Shown here in pieces: positions 1-10,232 of a DNA stretch of 64,000 nt. The DNA is from a virus. The number at the start of each line of letters is the position of its first letter. Position 1 is the first letter of the stretch. The notes under the pieces were generated by a model, which was not told the DNA's origin, did no database searches, and saw only the letters and a program-made list of their open reading frames with translations. The DNA lies in the IMG/VR virus record IMGVR_UViG_3300033553_000338, positions 32,001 to 96,000 of that record, one strand, 5' to 3'. Made by a program: the position numbers and the translations under genes.

Positions 1-1
1 C

Positions 2-1939
2 ATCACGGGCATAGGAAAGCTTCTCACTTCCGAAGGCTCCCTTAGGTTTTTTAGCGATCATAACATCAATGATATTGCGCTCCTCAGCTGTATTTGAGGC
101 TTTTACCATTGTTTTTATGTAATTGTCCGAAGTAATGCGGGTAACTTTTTTACCCATGTTTTGATTCAGGAGTGATTTACCAATACCACCACCGACAGAA
201 CCCATCGCACCGGCAAATATTGCTTCTTTTGCAAATTCGCTGAAGTCATGTTCCGCAAACCTTCCGTCACCAACTTCTTTTCCTTTTCCCAAGGTGGCGT
301 TGTACATCCATTTAAGGCCGTACTCTTCTGCAGTTTCAACAGTTTCCTCAAGCCCCTCTGACATCATAGCTCCCAGGTATGCTTTCACCCCAGTGGATCC
401 TGCAGATTGGTAAATGTCAGAAACTTTTTCTCGCATAGAATTAAAAGTAGTAGCCATCAGGCCACCTTCCTTAGCTGCTTTTTCCGGGGTAATATTCTTA
501 ACTCCTTGTCCCGTAAGTCTCTTTATGTGGGACTTAAACAGATTTGCTTTAATCTGCTGATCGAAAGTCTCAGGGTAAGGTTTGATAATGTTCTCGGTAA
601 GCTTAGAGGCAAACCCGTACATCAGGGCAGAAAAAGAGGCATGCATGATTAAGGCATCCCGGTCGGATAACCCGCTTTCCTTAGCTTCCCTGGCAAAATC
701 CTCGGTAGCCATCATACTCATCGACCCACGGCCCATAAAGGAGCTGATACTACTAACCATTTTCTTTTGGGCTGCGGAGACTGTTTTATCAGCATAGTAC
801 GATTCGAAAGCTTTAGTAAATCTCTTTCGACCTAACTCACCTGCCAATTTGGAAGACCGTAATCCCAGTATAGACGGTACAATTTTGGTAACGGCTTGCA
901 TACCTAGCAGCTGTGGAACGATATCTCCAATGCTGTTGGTCATGTTATTCAGGTTCCACATACTCTGCCTGGACCGTTCATCCATTTCAAAGGAGTACCG
1001 TTTCAGGTAGTTCTGAGTCATGTTCATGGAACGCATGAAAGAAGAGTCCTTGTCAGCTCCCATGGCAGATCCAATAGATTTGCCAAGCTCTGCAGTTCCG
1101 GAGATTGCTGAAGATATAAATGTTGCAATTGCAGTATAAGGAATCACTTTAGGAATCTGTCTCGCGGCTACACTGAAAAATCCCTGGTCCACCTTATTAC
1201 CATCGAGGAACCCAAAGTTTTTGGCCAGGGCTCCTGAATTGAAAATGGTCACGATATCATCAGTACTATGGATAGTCTCCCCACCATCAACACGTTGGAT
1301 GAAAGGGTTACCATCAACAGTCAGCTTAGGCATCCCTTCCTCATCCCTGGCTACTCGCCATAGGTCAGAAGTCATCATCTGCTCAAAGGTGCCCGGGGCA
1401 TCTTCAAATTTCCCGTCCTTAAGCTCTCCCATGGCCAGGGCAACTTGCTTGTTGGTCTTGGTACGTACACGCTCACCAAATAAGGTAGATGAATCCATAG
1501 AGGCAAAAGAGCCCTCAACAAGGTTCGCGATATTGATCTCTCCCAGGTACTTCTCTCTAAAGACACTCTCCAGGTAGTCCCCATCGGTGTCAGAGATAAA
1601 AGCCTTAGCTCCCAGAACATCATGATCAACCGTTTCCCGAACGCTGTTTATCAAGTGTAGCTTGTCGTAGAAATTGTCAAAATCCTCCTTACCTTCAAAT
1701 TTCTCTTTGATGTTGTCAATTTTCCAGTAATCTTCCCGGTTACGGAGACTGAAATCGACTCCCTGATTCTCCGTCAGATCATACGCTTGGTCGAAGCTCA
1801 TTCCTTTGAATTCGCTGGGATCGTCACTTGCACTAAATATCAGGCCCAGTAAGTCCGGGGCATTTGACTCAACTTCTATCTTTTTTCCAAGATCCACTTC
1901 CTGGGAAGAGTAATCCTTCATTGCTTCGTTATCGCCCAT
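2..1939 (-). CDS. N-terminal part of a large virion/ejection protein (possibly a virion RNA polymerase-cluster subunit), truncated by the window edge
   Basis: Not in the ORF track. ATG at 1939 overlaps the TAA of the 621-aa ORF (TAATG) and reads MGDNEAMKDYSFQEVDLGKK; the parts of the frame I translated (start and window edge) are open. Position after the cargo genes matches crAss-like gene order (inference). Confidence 0.6.
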   Translation of the reverse strand, partial: MGDNEAMKDYSSQEVDLGKKIEVESNAPDLLGLIFSASDDPSEFKGMSFDQAYDLTENQGVDFSLRNREDYWKIDNIKEKFEGKEDFDNFYDKLHLINSVRETVDHDVLGAKAFISDTDGDYLESVFREKYLGEINIANLVEGSFASMDSSTLFGERVRTKTNKQVALAMGELKDGKFEDAPGTFEQMMTSDLWRVARDEEGMPKLTVDGNPFIQRVDGGETIHSTDDIVTIFNSGALAKNFGFLDGNKVDQGFFSVAARQIPKVIPYTAIATFISSAISGTAELGKSIGSAMGADKDSSFMRSMNMTQNYLKRYSFEMDERSRQSMWNLNNMTNSIGDIVPQLLGMQAVTKIVPSILGLRSSKLAGELGRKRFTKAFESYYADKTVSAAQKKMVSSISSFMGRGSMSMMATEDFAREAKESGLSDRDALIMHASFSALMYGFASKLTENIIKPYPETFDQQIKANLFKSHIKRLTGQGVKNITPEKAAKEGGLMATTFNSMREKVSDIYQSAGSTGVKAYLGAMMSEGLEETVETAEEYGLKWMYNATLGKGKEVGDGRFAEHDFSEFAKEAIFAGAMGSVGGGIGKSLLNQNMGKKVTRITSDNYIKTMVKASNTAEERNIIDVMIAKKPKGAFGSEKLSYARD

Positions 1940-3804
1940 TATAAGTTTGTTAAATCTTTGAATGTTAGTAATTTACCGCTAGACCGGTTAATGTTTAATC
2001 TGCCACCTTGCTCCTTACTCTTCATGTACAGGTTTCCGGTAATTGCCTTCTTGATTGGGTAGTTGTCGTTGAGGGGAACGATGATTTTGGTTCGGAACCA
2101 TTGATCAACCTCGCTTTTCGCGTTGTATCCTGTTTTTCTGTAAAGATCTTCCAGTTCCGACTTATCTGTTACAGCACTTGCTCCTGCCTCTGTCATCAAT
2201 TTTTTATCGTCTTGACCAATCCAAGCATCATCAGTAGGAAGAAACCCTGCATAAACAATGGCAGGTTTAAAGGTTGTATCGTTCCCAAAAATTAAAAACT
2301 CTTCGGCAAGCTTTACAAGCTGGTCCTTAAATACGTTAGGGTCATATTTATCAGCATCGTCAACCATCGACTTTTTAGCCTCTTCCAGGAGCTCACCTTT
2401 TCTTTTATTGTAGTCAACAATGTCCTTACCCTCTTTAGTAATCTCAGTCATCACCTGTCCCTTTGAGTTTACAGGTACCATAGTGAGAAGTGCTTGTTCT
2501 GGTATCATTCTACTGACAATGGCATGAACGTTACCCCCAAAATCCCCTGCTGATTTACCCTGAATTCGGGCACCTTCAAACACCAGGGATGAGCTCACTT
2601 TCGAAGATCCTATAGGAGTCAGTTGATCACCATTCTTGTATGCACCTGGCTCTACCTGAGTTCCTATAAGTCCTTTAAGGTCACCTGAAGTATATGCGTG
2701 TCCTTTATCCCCCAACACATCAAGGGCTGACTCATCGGTCAACTCTCCCTCTATACTCGTGGAATGGCTCTCCTTGGCCCTTTCTGCAATTAACCCATAG
2801 ATGGATTTAGTCATCTCGCTATCCAACGCTTTTTGGAAGGCTTCTTTATCTACAAAATCAATTCCTTCAATCTTTCTCATTGCAGCATTACGCAGATGCA
2901 TTTTTGACGCGGCACTGAGTCCCAGATTTGTTCCCAGCAATCGATGAATCGCAGCCTTAAGATTCTCCGCATCAGAAGAATCCTGGGTTCCCTTGGTTTC
3001 TTCCACCAGCCTGTCCGGATCCCAACCAGCGGTAACCAGTAAACTAGCCAGATTTGTATTTCGGAGAAAATCAAACGTGGTTTCTTTTTTACCCTCAGTG
3101 GTACTTCCCACTTGTTTCAGCTGAGTGTCAATCTCATCCATCACTTTGGTCTCGCCATTGACTGCACCGGTAATCTGCTTAAGGTAAATGCCGTTCTTGC
3201 TACCCATTCCGGTATAAGGGGAATCCTTACTGGTATGGATATATTGCAGTGCCTGGGAGTTAGATATTAAGGAATACTTTCCGGTACCTTTAGCCCTGTC
3301 TTGGTTGTACTCAAAGGGAGTGATCTCCTTAAATTGTCCCGTAGCATTATCAATAGCCACCAGGTTTGAGGAAGTCAAGTCTGTAACAAATTCTTTCTCA
3401 GACCCGTTAGTTCCAACCCTTGTCTCCGCAGCATTCGCTAATTCTTTACTCACCTTCAACTCATTGGGTGCGCGGTACAGGATACTTTGAAGCTTGCTCA
3501 AAGCAGCAATACCGTCATGGGTCTCTATCCAGAACCGGTCAGTTAATGTCTTCTCCTTTATCTGATTTTGAAGTTTAAGCACCTCATCGATAACTGCGTT
3601 CCTCTCCCCCATCAAGCCATCAGCCTTTATCAATTGATCCATATCAATCTCGGGGATCTGAACTTCTTCCTGGGGGTTTAATACATCTGACAGGTCAGCA
3701 TAAGGATTATCCTTTGGAGCAACCTGATTCTCTTTCCATTTGATTGGGAGAGCTTCTTGAACGGCCCCACCTTCCTGAAATTTCTTAACACCTATGTAAT
3801 CCAT
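1939..3804 (-). CDS. putative virion cargo/ejection protein
   Basis: 621-aa ORF, N-terminal KKFQEGG motif, downstream of muzzle gene, late motif 23 nt upstream. Confidence 0.55.
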   Translation of the reverse strand: MDYIGVKKFQEGGAVQEALPIKWKENQVAPKDNPYADLSDVLNPQEEVQIPEIDMDQLIKADGLMGERNAVIDEVLKLQNQIKEKTLTDRFWIETHDGIAALSKLQSILYRAPNELKVSKELANAAETRVGTNGSEKEFVTDLTSSNLVAIDNATGQFKEITPFEYNQDRAKGTGKYSLISNSQALQYIHTSKDSPYTGMGSKNGIYLKQITGAVNGETKVMDEIDTQLKQVGSTTEGKKETTFDFLRNTNLASLLVTAGWDPDRLVEETKGTQDSSDAENLKAAIHRLLGTNLGLSAASKMHLRNAAMRKIEGIDFVDKEAFQKALDSEMTKSIYGLIAERAKESHSTSIEGELTDESALDVLGDKGHAYTSGDLKGLIGTQVEPGAYKNGDQLTPIGSSKVSSSLVFEGARIQGKSAGDFGGNVHAIVSRMIPEQALLTMVPVNSKGQVMTEITKEGKDIVDYNKRKGELLEEAKKSMVDDADKYDPNVFKDQLVKLAEEFLIFGNDTTFKPAIVYAGFLPTDDAWIGQDDKKLMTEAGASAVTDKSELEDLYRKTGYNAKSEVDQWFRTKIIVPLNDNYPIKKAITGNLYMKSKEQGGRLNINRSSGKLLTFKDLTNL

Positions 3805-3954
3805 ATAAATACTGTATGTTAGAATTAAATATACGAATTTTATACAGGTTTACCAAGTCATTTATAACTGAAAACGTTATACCAGGTAAAAATAGAAGAG
3901 GTCATACCGCGAACGATATAACCTCTCAAATTATAGTCTGTAAATAGCTTTCAG

Positions 3955-6900
3955 TTAACGCTTAAAGTAGCTTCGTAAAAGAATCTCGTTGGACTTCTTC
4001 ACCAGCTCCGTAGCTTTCCGGAACTCCCGGTGAGAACGAATCTGATCCCGCTTAAGCTCTTTGGCCCGGTCAGCAGACTCTTTCATCTCTGCAATCTTTA
4101 TCCTGGCCTCCGCTTTGATCTTTTCCTTCTGGATAGATCCACCCTTTTTAAATAATGAGTTACCAGCTGACAACATCGCATTACGTTTTCGTACATTAAG
4201 TGTACTTGTTTGGGCCTTCTCAAGCCCAATATCGTAGGCATCGTTGGCCAAATCAAAAGCTGTTTGCGCAGCTGACTCTTGATTAATAAGGTTCTTATCA
4301 GTAGGGTTCATGGCTAAAGCGTTTCTTAACGCCTGTAAGGTATTCTGAGCCATAATAGTCTCTTTCTTTAAACCGGAGATCTCCCTGTTACTTATAGCGA
4401 CCTTTTCCTGCATATCCATATAGCTGGCTGTAGCCTTTCTATTGGAAACAGTACTCAAGGTATCCGCAGCAAACTGGGCCATACGATTTTGCTCCAGTAC
4501 CTCTGCACGGGTATCCGCAGCTTCATCCGCAGCTTTGTTTGCGTAATCCGCAGCCAGGAAATTGTTCTGGTTGCTAAAATCGATCTCCTTATTCTTGATA
4601 GCAGCGGTACTAGCCTCCCGTTCAGAAGCAAGCTTGAAATCAGCCATAGTCGCATGGCTTCCTCTGATCAGATCGGATACTGCCTTCGCTTTACCTACAG
4701 AAGCCCCCACATCGTCCGGATTGGAATTTGTAGGGGAATAGTTGATGCTGTCCACTAAATGCTGCTCAGCCATCCGCTGTGCCTCTGTAGTGATTCCAGT
4801 GTTCACTGTCGGAACCGCAATGTTGGCCATGGCTGCAACCTCTTTCTTCACCGGATTGCTTCGGGTCGGTTTGGAACCTGCGTAATTGACGATTGCTTTA
4901 AGATCCACATTACCCAGCAGCTTTTCCATACCGGACATTGGGGGTTCTACCTTAACATCCCCCTCTCCCGTCTGAGATGCTTTCTTACCCCCCTGGATTG
5001 TTGGCAAGGTAGTTGCAGCATTTACTGCCTTATTCAAGGCATTCCCTGAATTACCATCACCACTTAAAATACCGGTAATGGAGGATGTCAAACCATTTTC
5101 ACTTCCAACACCTTCAAGTAATGAGCCAGGATCAAATGAGGATGTAAAAGGGATATTTTTCCCGGCATCCAGCAAACTCGCTATACCAGCACGATTCCCT
5201 AAAGCCTTTTCTGCTACCGCTTCTCCAGCTCCTGATTTCCCCACACCTTTTATGATATCCAGCATCTTAGCCCCAAACCAATATTTAGGCTTATCCTCCA
5301 GCTCATTCAAAATCGCATAGGGTTTATCTCCCTTACGGTAAGCTCTCTGGAGCATGTTACGGACACCAAATTTACGATCTTCATCTTCCTTGGTTCCCCG
5401 GGTGCCTACAAAAGCATCAGAGTGTTCAGCATCATAGGATGTAATCCGCTGTTTAAGTTTATTGATGTCAGGGTATCCTTGAGCTACCAGCTCCTGTATC
5501 TCACTGTCCTCAAGATAGAACTCTCCGTGTTCCCCGTAAATATCCTTTGCATAATCTCCTAGATTACTGTGGCTGAACTCCGGAATCTCCCCATACTTTT
5601 TCATGATGCCCATCACCGGAATCTTGCCCTGGTACTTGTTGGCCAACGCCTTTGTGTATAAGGCCTGAGCTTTGTAGAACTCATCGAAGTAATCCTGGTC
5701 ATCAGTGTCCAAGGATCCACCGGACTTATGGCTTCTTTGTCCCCCAAAGGATGACTGCAGTATGCCTGGGTTTGTTCTCGTACCCTTAAATCCCCCATAA
5801 GCTCCCTGAGGCCTGTCTGAAGGGATGAATGGGTTGATGGGATTACCCTCTTCGTTTACAGAACTAACCTTACTTCTTTCCCAATTAGCCCCGTCTTGAC
5901 TAGAGTAAGAATCCCTACCTTGATTAAGAATGTATCTTCTGGTTTTAGGATCAAAGAATACTTCAGGGTTTTCTACATTTTCGGGAATGCTGACTTTGTT
6001 TTTCAGGATATCAGAACTGGTAAGTGTGTAACTCTTATTCCCTTCCGGTACATGCCGTTTAATTCCCGAGTAAGTGCGCTCCCCCCTGTCAAGTACTTCC
6101 AATGAGGAATTTTTCAAAAACTCATGCAAGTTACCTTTAGAGTTTGCTCCATTAAGTGCCCTATTCAGGTAATCACTTTCGGTGGTATCCTCAAAATCTC
6201 GCAGTATTGGGTTATACTTTTTTATCAATGTTTTGCTACCGACATTGTTGTACATGTAATACTTTCCTGCCGTCTTATCAAATAACAATGTACCTGGGGA
6301 GTTTTCACCAAATTGAGGTCTGTACTTGTCCCCCTTAGTGACCGGCTTAGCTGCAAAGAAATCCAAAACTTCATTGTCTTTAAATTCTTCCTCACTAAAC
6401 CCAGGGAAACGGGTATATAAATGTGAATCATCAAACTCGGATACGATATCTTTTCGTTGAGGGTTGCTTAAAACCTGGACTCCTGGCTCATGAGTTTCCC
6501 CCGCACTAACTGGATTACTCATAACTACAGCCTGTGCATCAGGGATTGCTCCTCCAGCAACCACAGCATTTTGAGCCTGACCCTCTGCATTAGGAATTCC
6601 CTGCTCCGGAGATGCAGCTTCAGCAACAACCTCAGCAGCCACAGAACCTCCACCATCAGTACCGGCACTTAAACTTGCATCAGCTGGAGCAGTCACAAGT
6701 GGAGTACCAGTTGCAAGTGGGGCACCTGAAGCATCTACAGCTCCCGGGACAACTGCAGCAACCTGAGGAATGTACTCTTTACCTTTGTACTCAACCATCT
6801 CTGTGGGCTGCTCATGTTGCAGATAATCTCCCGATACCAGGTAGTTGAGAACCTTATCGTACTTGGTACCCTTCAACCCTAAGTCACCTTTACCCTTAAA

Positions 6901-7896
6901 CAGCTTTCGCTGGTCACGGGTGTCCACACCGGAGAAACGATTCAAACGAAGACTGGGATCTTCCCACTGCCAGTTGATGTTATCTCCTTTCAGGTTGACT
7001 TTAATTTTGTTGGAATCTCCAAGGTTTTCCCGAATCTTCAAAATACTCTCCCGCATGTCCTTATTTTCAGGAGCATCTCCAAGATCCTGTAACGCCTTAT
7101 CAAAATCAAACGTAGCACGGCTACTCGAAAATCCCTCATCGTAGATCCTTTTGATCTCTGCCGGCTTATACGCACGTTCGTAGTATTTTCCGTTTTCCTC
7201 AATGTACTTGGAAAGATCCTCTGTACTGGCAACTGCTTCAAGTTTTGCAGCAGTTTGTTCAGGTATTGTCTGGCCTCTTTGGCTTGCTCTAAGAGTAATG
7301 TCAGGCTTATTGTGTACGTAAGTTCCTGGAACATAAGCTCTGTTTGACTTTACCTCGTCAAGTACAGTTGCCATTTCATCAAAATGGGTAAGGATATGCT
7401 GACCGGGATAGTGGGCAGTCCCGTCTGCCTTTGAGATTGATGGCCATATACGTCCCAATTTGAGGGTGAATTCTTCATTGGAACGCTCATCTTTCATCCA
7501 CTTGTCCACCCCTGCATCCCCTAGTAGACTTAGTGCAAGACGTTCCTGAACCCGGGCATCAAAGACCGTATTCTCATTAATCTCACCTTTAAGATTTGTA
7601 AGTAAGCCTAATAGGGTTTCTTTCATGAATTGGTACTTCCCTACTGCGGTTGTACCGGCATTAGGGTCATCAGCCGAAAAACCAGCACTTTGTACCCTTA
7701 GCCTATCCTGATACTCCATTACTTCCCCAATAGTCATCTGGGTTAATGGCTTATTTGGCTTAAGACTTTTTGGTCCCACACCATAGCCAAATGGTGCATC
7801 GTATGGAGAATCTAATCCATTTTCTTTCCAGGCACTTGTTTCCCTGGAAATCAAATCCAGCACAGGCCTTATTTTTAAATATTCTGCTTCAGTCAT
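3955..7896 (-). CDS. virion cargo protein with N-terminal lysozyme-like (muramidase/transglycosylase) domain
   Basis: N-terminus DLISRETS...YD...LTQMTIGEV...TAVGKYQF...FDARVQERLA resembles phage lysozyme-like glycosidases; Ala/Gly-rich linker; coiled-coil-like C-terminus. Confidence 0.65.
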   Translation of the reverse strand: MTEAEYLKIRPVLDLISRETSAWKENGLDSPYDAPFGYGVGPKSLKPNKPLTQMTIGEVMEYQDRLRVQSAGFSADDPNAGTTAVGKYQFMKETLLGLLTNLKGEINENTVFDARVQERLALSLLGDAGVDKWMKDERSNEEFTLKLGRIWPSISKADGTAHYPGQHILTHFDEMATVLDEVKSNRAYVPGTYVHNKPDITLRASQRGQTIPEQTAAKLEAVASTEDLSKYIEENGKYYERAYKPAEIKRIYDEGFSSSRATFDFDKALQDLGDAPENKDMRESILKIRENLGDSNKIKVNLKGDNINWQWEDPSLRLNRFSGVDTRDQRKLFKGKGDLGLKGTKYDKVLNYLVSGDYLQHEQPTEMVEYKGKEYIPQVAAVVPGAVDASGAPLATGTPLVTAPADASLSAGTDGGGSVAAEVVAEAASPEQGIPNAEGQAQNAVVAGGAIPDAQAVVMSNPVSAGETHEPGVQVLSNPQRKDIVSEFDDSHLYTRFPGFSEEEFKDNEVLDFFAAKPVTKGDKYRPQFGENSPGTLLFDKTAGKYYMYNNVGSKTLIKKYNPILRDFEDTTESDYLNRALNGANSKGNLHEFLKNSSLEVLDRGERTYSGIKRHVPEGNKSYTLTSSDILKNKVSIPENVENPEVFFDPKTRRYILNQGRDSYSSQDGANWERSKVSSVNEEGNPINPFIPSDRPQGAYGGFKGTRTNPGILQSSFGGQRSHKSGGSLDTDDQDYFDEFYKAQALYTKALANKYQGKIPVMGIMKKYGEIPEFSHSNLGDYAKDIYGEHGEFYLEDSEIQELVAQGYPDINKLKQRITSYDAEHSDAFVGTRGTKEDEDRKFGVRNMLQRAYRKGDKPYAILNELEDKPKYWFGAKMLDIIKGVGKSGAGEAVAEKALGNRAGIASLLDAGKNIPFTSSFDPGSLLEGVGSENGLTSSITGILSGDGNSGNALNKAVNAATTLPTIQGGKKASQTGEGDVKVEPPMSGMEKLLGNVDLKAIVNYAGSKPTRSNPVKKEVAAMANIAVPTVNTGITTEAQRMAEQHLVDSINYSPTNSNPDDVGASVGKAKAVSDLIRGSHATMADFKLASEREASTAAIKNKEIDFSNQNNFLAADYANKAADEAADTRAEVLEQNRMAQFAADTLSTVSNRKATASYMDMQEKVAISNREISGLKKETIMAQNTLQALRNALAMNPTDKNLINQESAAQTAFDLANDAYDIGLEKAQTSTLNVRKRNAMLSAGNSLFKKGGSIQKEKIKAEARIKIAEMKESADRAKELKRDQIRSHREFRKATELVKKSNEILLRSYFKR

Positions 7897-7910
7897 AAAG
7901 TATAGAAATT

Positions 7911-7937
7911 AAAAAAGGAGGGAATACTCCCTCCCTT
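7911..7937 (-). terminator. intrinsic terminator
   Basis: GGAGGGA-loop-TCCCTCC hairpin next to an A-run (U-tract on minus strand). Confidence 0.6.
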
Positions 7938-7962
7938 CATGTTTTTTGATGCACCTCGGAAA

Positions 7963-8253
7963 TTACAATTTGATTTTAGGAACCTTCATTCCATAACGAC
8001 CCATCGGTGGAGCCATTTGTTCTGCAGGTGCAGGACCTTCAGGGGCAGGGCCTCCTGGTGCTGGTCCTTCAGGAGCCATTCCCATCTGTGCTGCCAAAGC
8101 ATTACAGAATTCCAGAGCCATCTGAGGATCTTGGGTTTCGACTACTTGCATAAGCATCTGATCGATACCATCTCCTGCGGGTGCTCCTTCGGGACCTGGT
8201 GCCGGCATACCGCCACCTTCCTGAAACATTTGTAAGTAATTTTTTTTCTTCAT
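7963..8253 (-). CDS. small Pro/Gly/Ala/Met-rich hypothetical virion-module protein
   Basis: 96 aa, MFQEGGG N-terminus, PEGPAP repeats; late motif upstream and terminator downstream. Confidence 0.6.
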   Translation of the reverse strand: MKKKNYLQMFQEGGGMPAPGPEGAPAGDGIDQMLMQVVETQDPQMALEFCNALAAQMGMAPEGPAPGGPAPEGPAPAEQMAPPMGRYGMKVPKIKL

Positions 8254-8308
8254 CTCTTGAATATTTTAGTTCGAACTTTTATTCGTTAAGAAGTAATATA
8301 CGAATTTA

Positions 8309-8935
8309 TTAGGAGTTTTGCAATTCGTAGGTTTCCTTTGTTTTACCCTTCACGTAGTCCTGACCACGGGAATCCTGAGCCACAATTTCTTTTAATGTCA
8401 TCCTGGCCAGTCTGCGTAATTCGGAGTCAGTCTCTGCGTTGAGGGCCAGGTTCACAATCTTACGGGTAGATTTCCGGGAAAAGATCCTCTCCCCTCCCTT
8501 GATGGTCATCTGCACTTCCCCGTCTTCATCCAGTACAAAGGCTCTTCCTTCCTGATCGCCGGCAGTACGAACTTCCTTTGGAATCGTGTCCAGGATATCT
8601 CCAACCTCGATCCCTACCTCTTTAGCCATACCCTCCTGGAGCTCCAGTGCATAGGCGATATCATCTCCTGAACCCAGCAAATCCTCATCATCTGGATCCC
8701 CGGTTTCAATATACAGCACTTCCAGATCCTCGGACAGAAAAATAATGTCCAGTGGAAATTTAGTATCCTTCATCCAGATCCGGTTGTCCCGGATAACCGG
8801 GAAGACGATCAACATACATTCATCATCTTCAGGGATATCCTCAACCCCAGAGTATCCTTTTTTCCGGTCCTCCTCTGCAACTGCGACAGAGCAACGGAAT
8901 TCCTGGTCCTTCAGCTTAAGATTAATTTTCTTCAT
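8309..8935 (-). CDS. DUF192-family protein
   Basis: VAVAEEDRKKGYS...MLIVF...IWMKDTKFPLDIIF...ALEL signature plus C-terminal extension. Confidence 0.8.
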   Translation of the reverse strand: MKKINLKLKDQEFRCSVAVAEEDRKKGYSGVEDIPEDDECMLIVFPVIRDNRIWMKDTKFPLDIIFLSEDLEVLYIETGDPDDEDLLGSGDDIAYALELQEGMAKEVGIEVGDILDTIPKEVRTAGDQEGRAFVLDEDGEVQMTIKGGERIFSRKSTRKIVNLALNAETDSELRRLARMTLKEIVAQDSRGQDYVKGKTKETYELQNS

Positions 8936-10187
8936 CGGTAATCATTTTTTCAGTAAAGTCAATAGTGTTGTTGCGGACCTCATCGCGAAGACGTTTGCCC
9001 ACCTCCAGTAATTCATCTTTGGTGATGTCTCCGGACTCCAGTTTCTTTGCATATTTCTCCAGGAACAAGGTAACATCAATTGTGAAGATGATTTCCTCTC
9101 GCTCGATCTCCGCTATCTTCTTTAAGGATCCACCTTCTTCCCTCACAACCACCGGCAGACCTTTGTCCCCCAGGTTATTTTTATGGGCATGAAGTACCCC
9201 TTTGGGGATCACGTTCATACTACCTCCATCACGGAACTTGTCGATACCCATATTTTCCAGATCAAGGGCTTCAAAATCTGATGGGGCATCCCCTTCAGGA
9301 AATGTGAAGATCTCTCCCTGCTTGTTTTTGTACGGAAGGTAGCCTTCCTCAATATTTTCATAAATGCTGTCAACAAAAGTAGGATGCTTAGAGGTCTTAA
9401 GCATTCGTCCCGTCTTGGGATCGCGTGAAGGGAGATGATATAGCCCATCCTTTTCCTGATACTCTGGTTCCATACCTAGTTCATAGGCCGACTCAAAGTC
9501 ATACAGGTTCGGATCTTCACCTTTCAGGTTATCTGGGAGTGACTCTTTCCACTTATCAAAGGATACTCCTAAAATTCCACCTTCCTGGTAGCTTGCGGTA
9601 AACTTCTTCTTTTTCTCTTTGGGGATATCCCCACCTTCTTCGAGTTTACAACCGCAGCCACACTTTCCACCCTTAAGTAATTTGCATCCGCATCCACAGT
9701 CCCCGAACTCCTCAGAATCATCCTCCCCCTCAACCTTTGTAGTGATCCTTTTACTGGCAACATCGATGCTGATCTTAAGAATCAAATCCTGCAGATCCTC
9801 ATCCAGGTTCTCATGCTTCGCGATATCACCACCGGTCATCAGCAGCTTACCACCGGTACGGTTGAGCATCAGGTTATTAAAATACCCTGTACCCGCTGCA
9901 TTGGCGTTAGCCAGTGAAGCCCCATCCTGATTAAGCATGGAAAGATCCGCAGAGTATTTCTTCTGATCTGCCAGTGCTTTAGCATCTAGCTCATCTCGTT
10001 GTTTGCGGGTTTTGACTAGCCCAAGAACGGTCCCAAGAACAGCCCCCGCAGCAGCACCATAAGGGCCAAATTGAGATCCCATCGATGCTAAGCTGGAAGC
10101 ACTTCCCATAACATTAGATGCCCCGGTACCTTCTGGCAGGGATACGCTTTCAGGCACAGGAGGTGCCCCAAGATTTACCTTTATCAT
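8922..10187 (-). CDS. hypothetical virion-module (cargo-like) protein
   Basis: 421 aa; Gly/Ala-rich hydrophobic helix near N-terminus, repeated xxGG motifs, duplicated CGCGC. Confidence 0.55.
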   Translation of the reverse strand: MIKVNLGAPPVPESVSLPEGTGASNVMGSASSLASMGSQFGPYGAAAGAVLGTVLGLVKTRKQRDELDAKALADQKKYSADLSMLNQDGASLANANAAGTGYFNNLMLNRTGGKLLMTGGDIAKHENLDEDLQDLILKISIDVASKRITTKVEGEDDSEEFGDCGCGCKLLKGGKCGCGCKLEEGGDIPKEKKKKFTASYQEGGILGVSFDKWKESLPDNLKGEDPNLYDFESAYELGMEPEYQEKDGLYHLPSRDPKTGRMLKTSKHPTFVDSIYENIEEGYLPYKNKQGEIFTFPEGDAPSDFEALDLENMGIDKFRDGGSMNVIPKGVLHAHKNNLGDKGLPVVVREEGGSLKKIAEIEREEIIFTIDVTLFLEKYAKKLESGDITKDELLEVGKRLRDEVRNNTIDFTEKMITDEEN

Positions 10188-10232
10188 AGTTTAACTGTTT
10201 ATTATAAGATACGAATAATCAGCGAGATTCCA

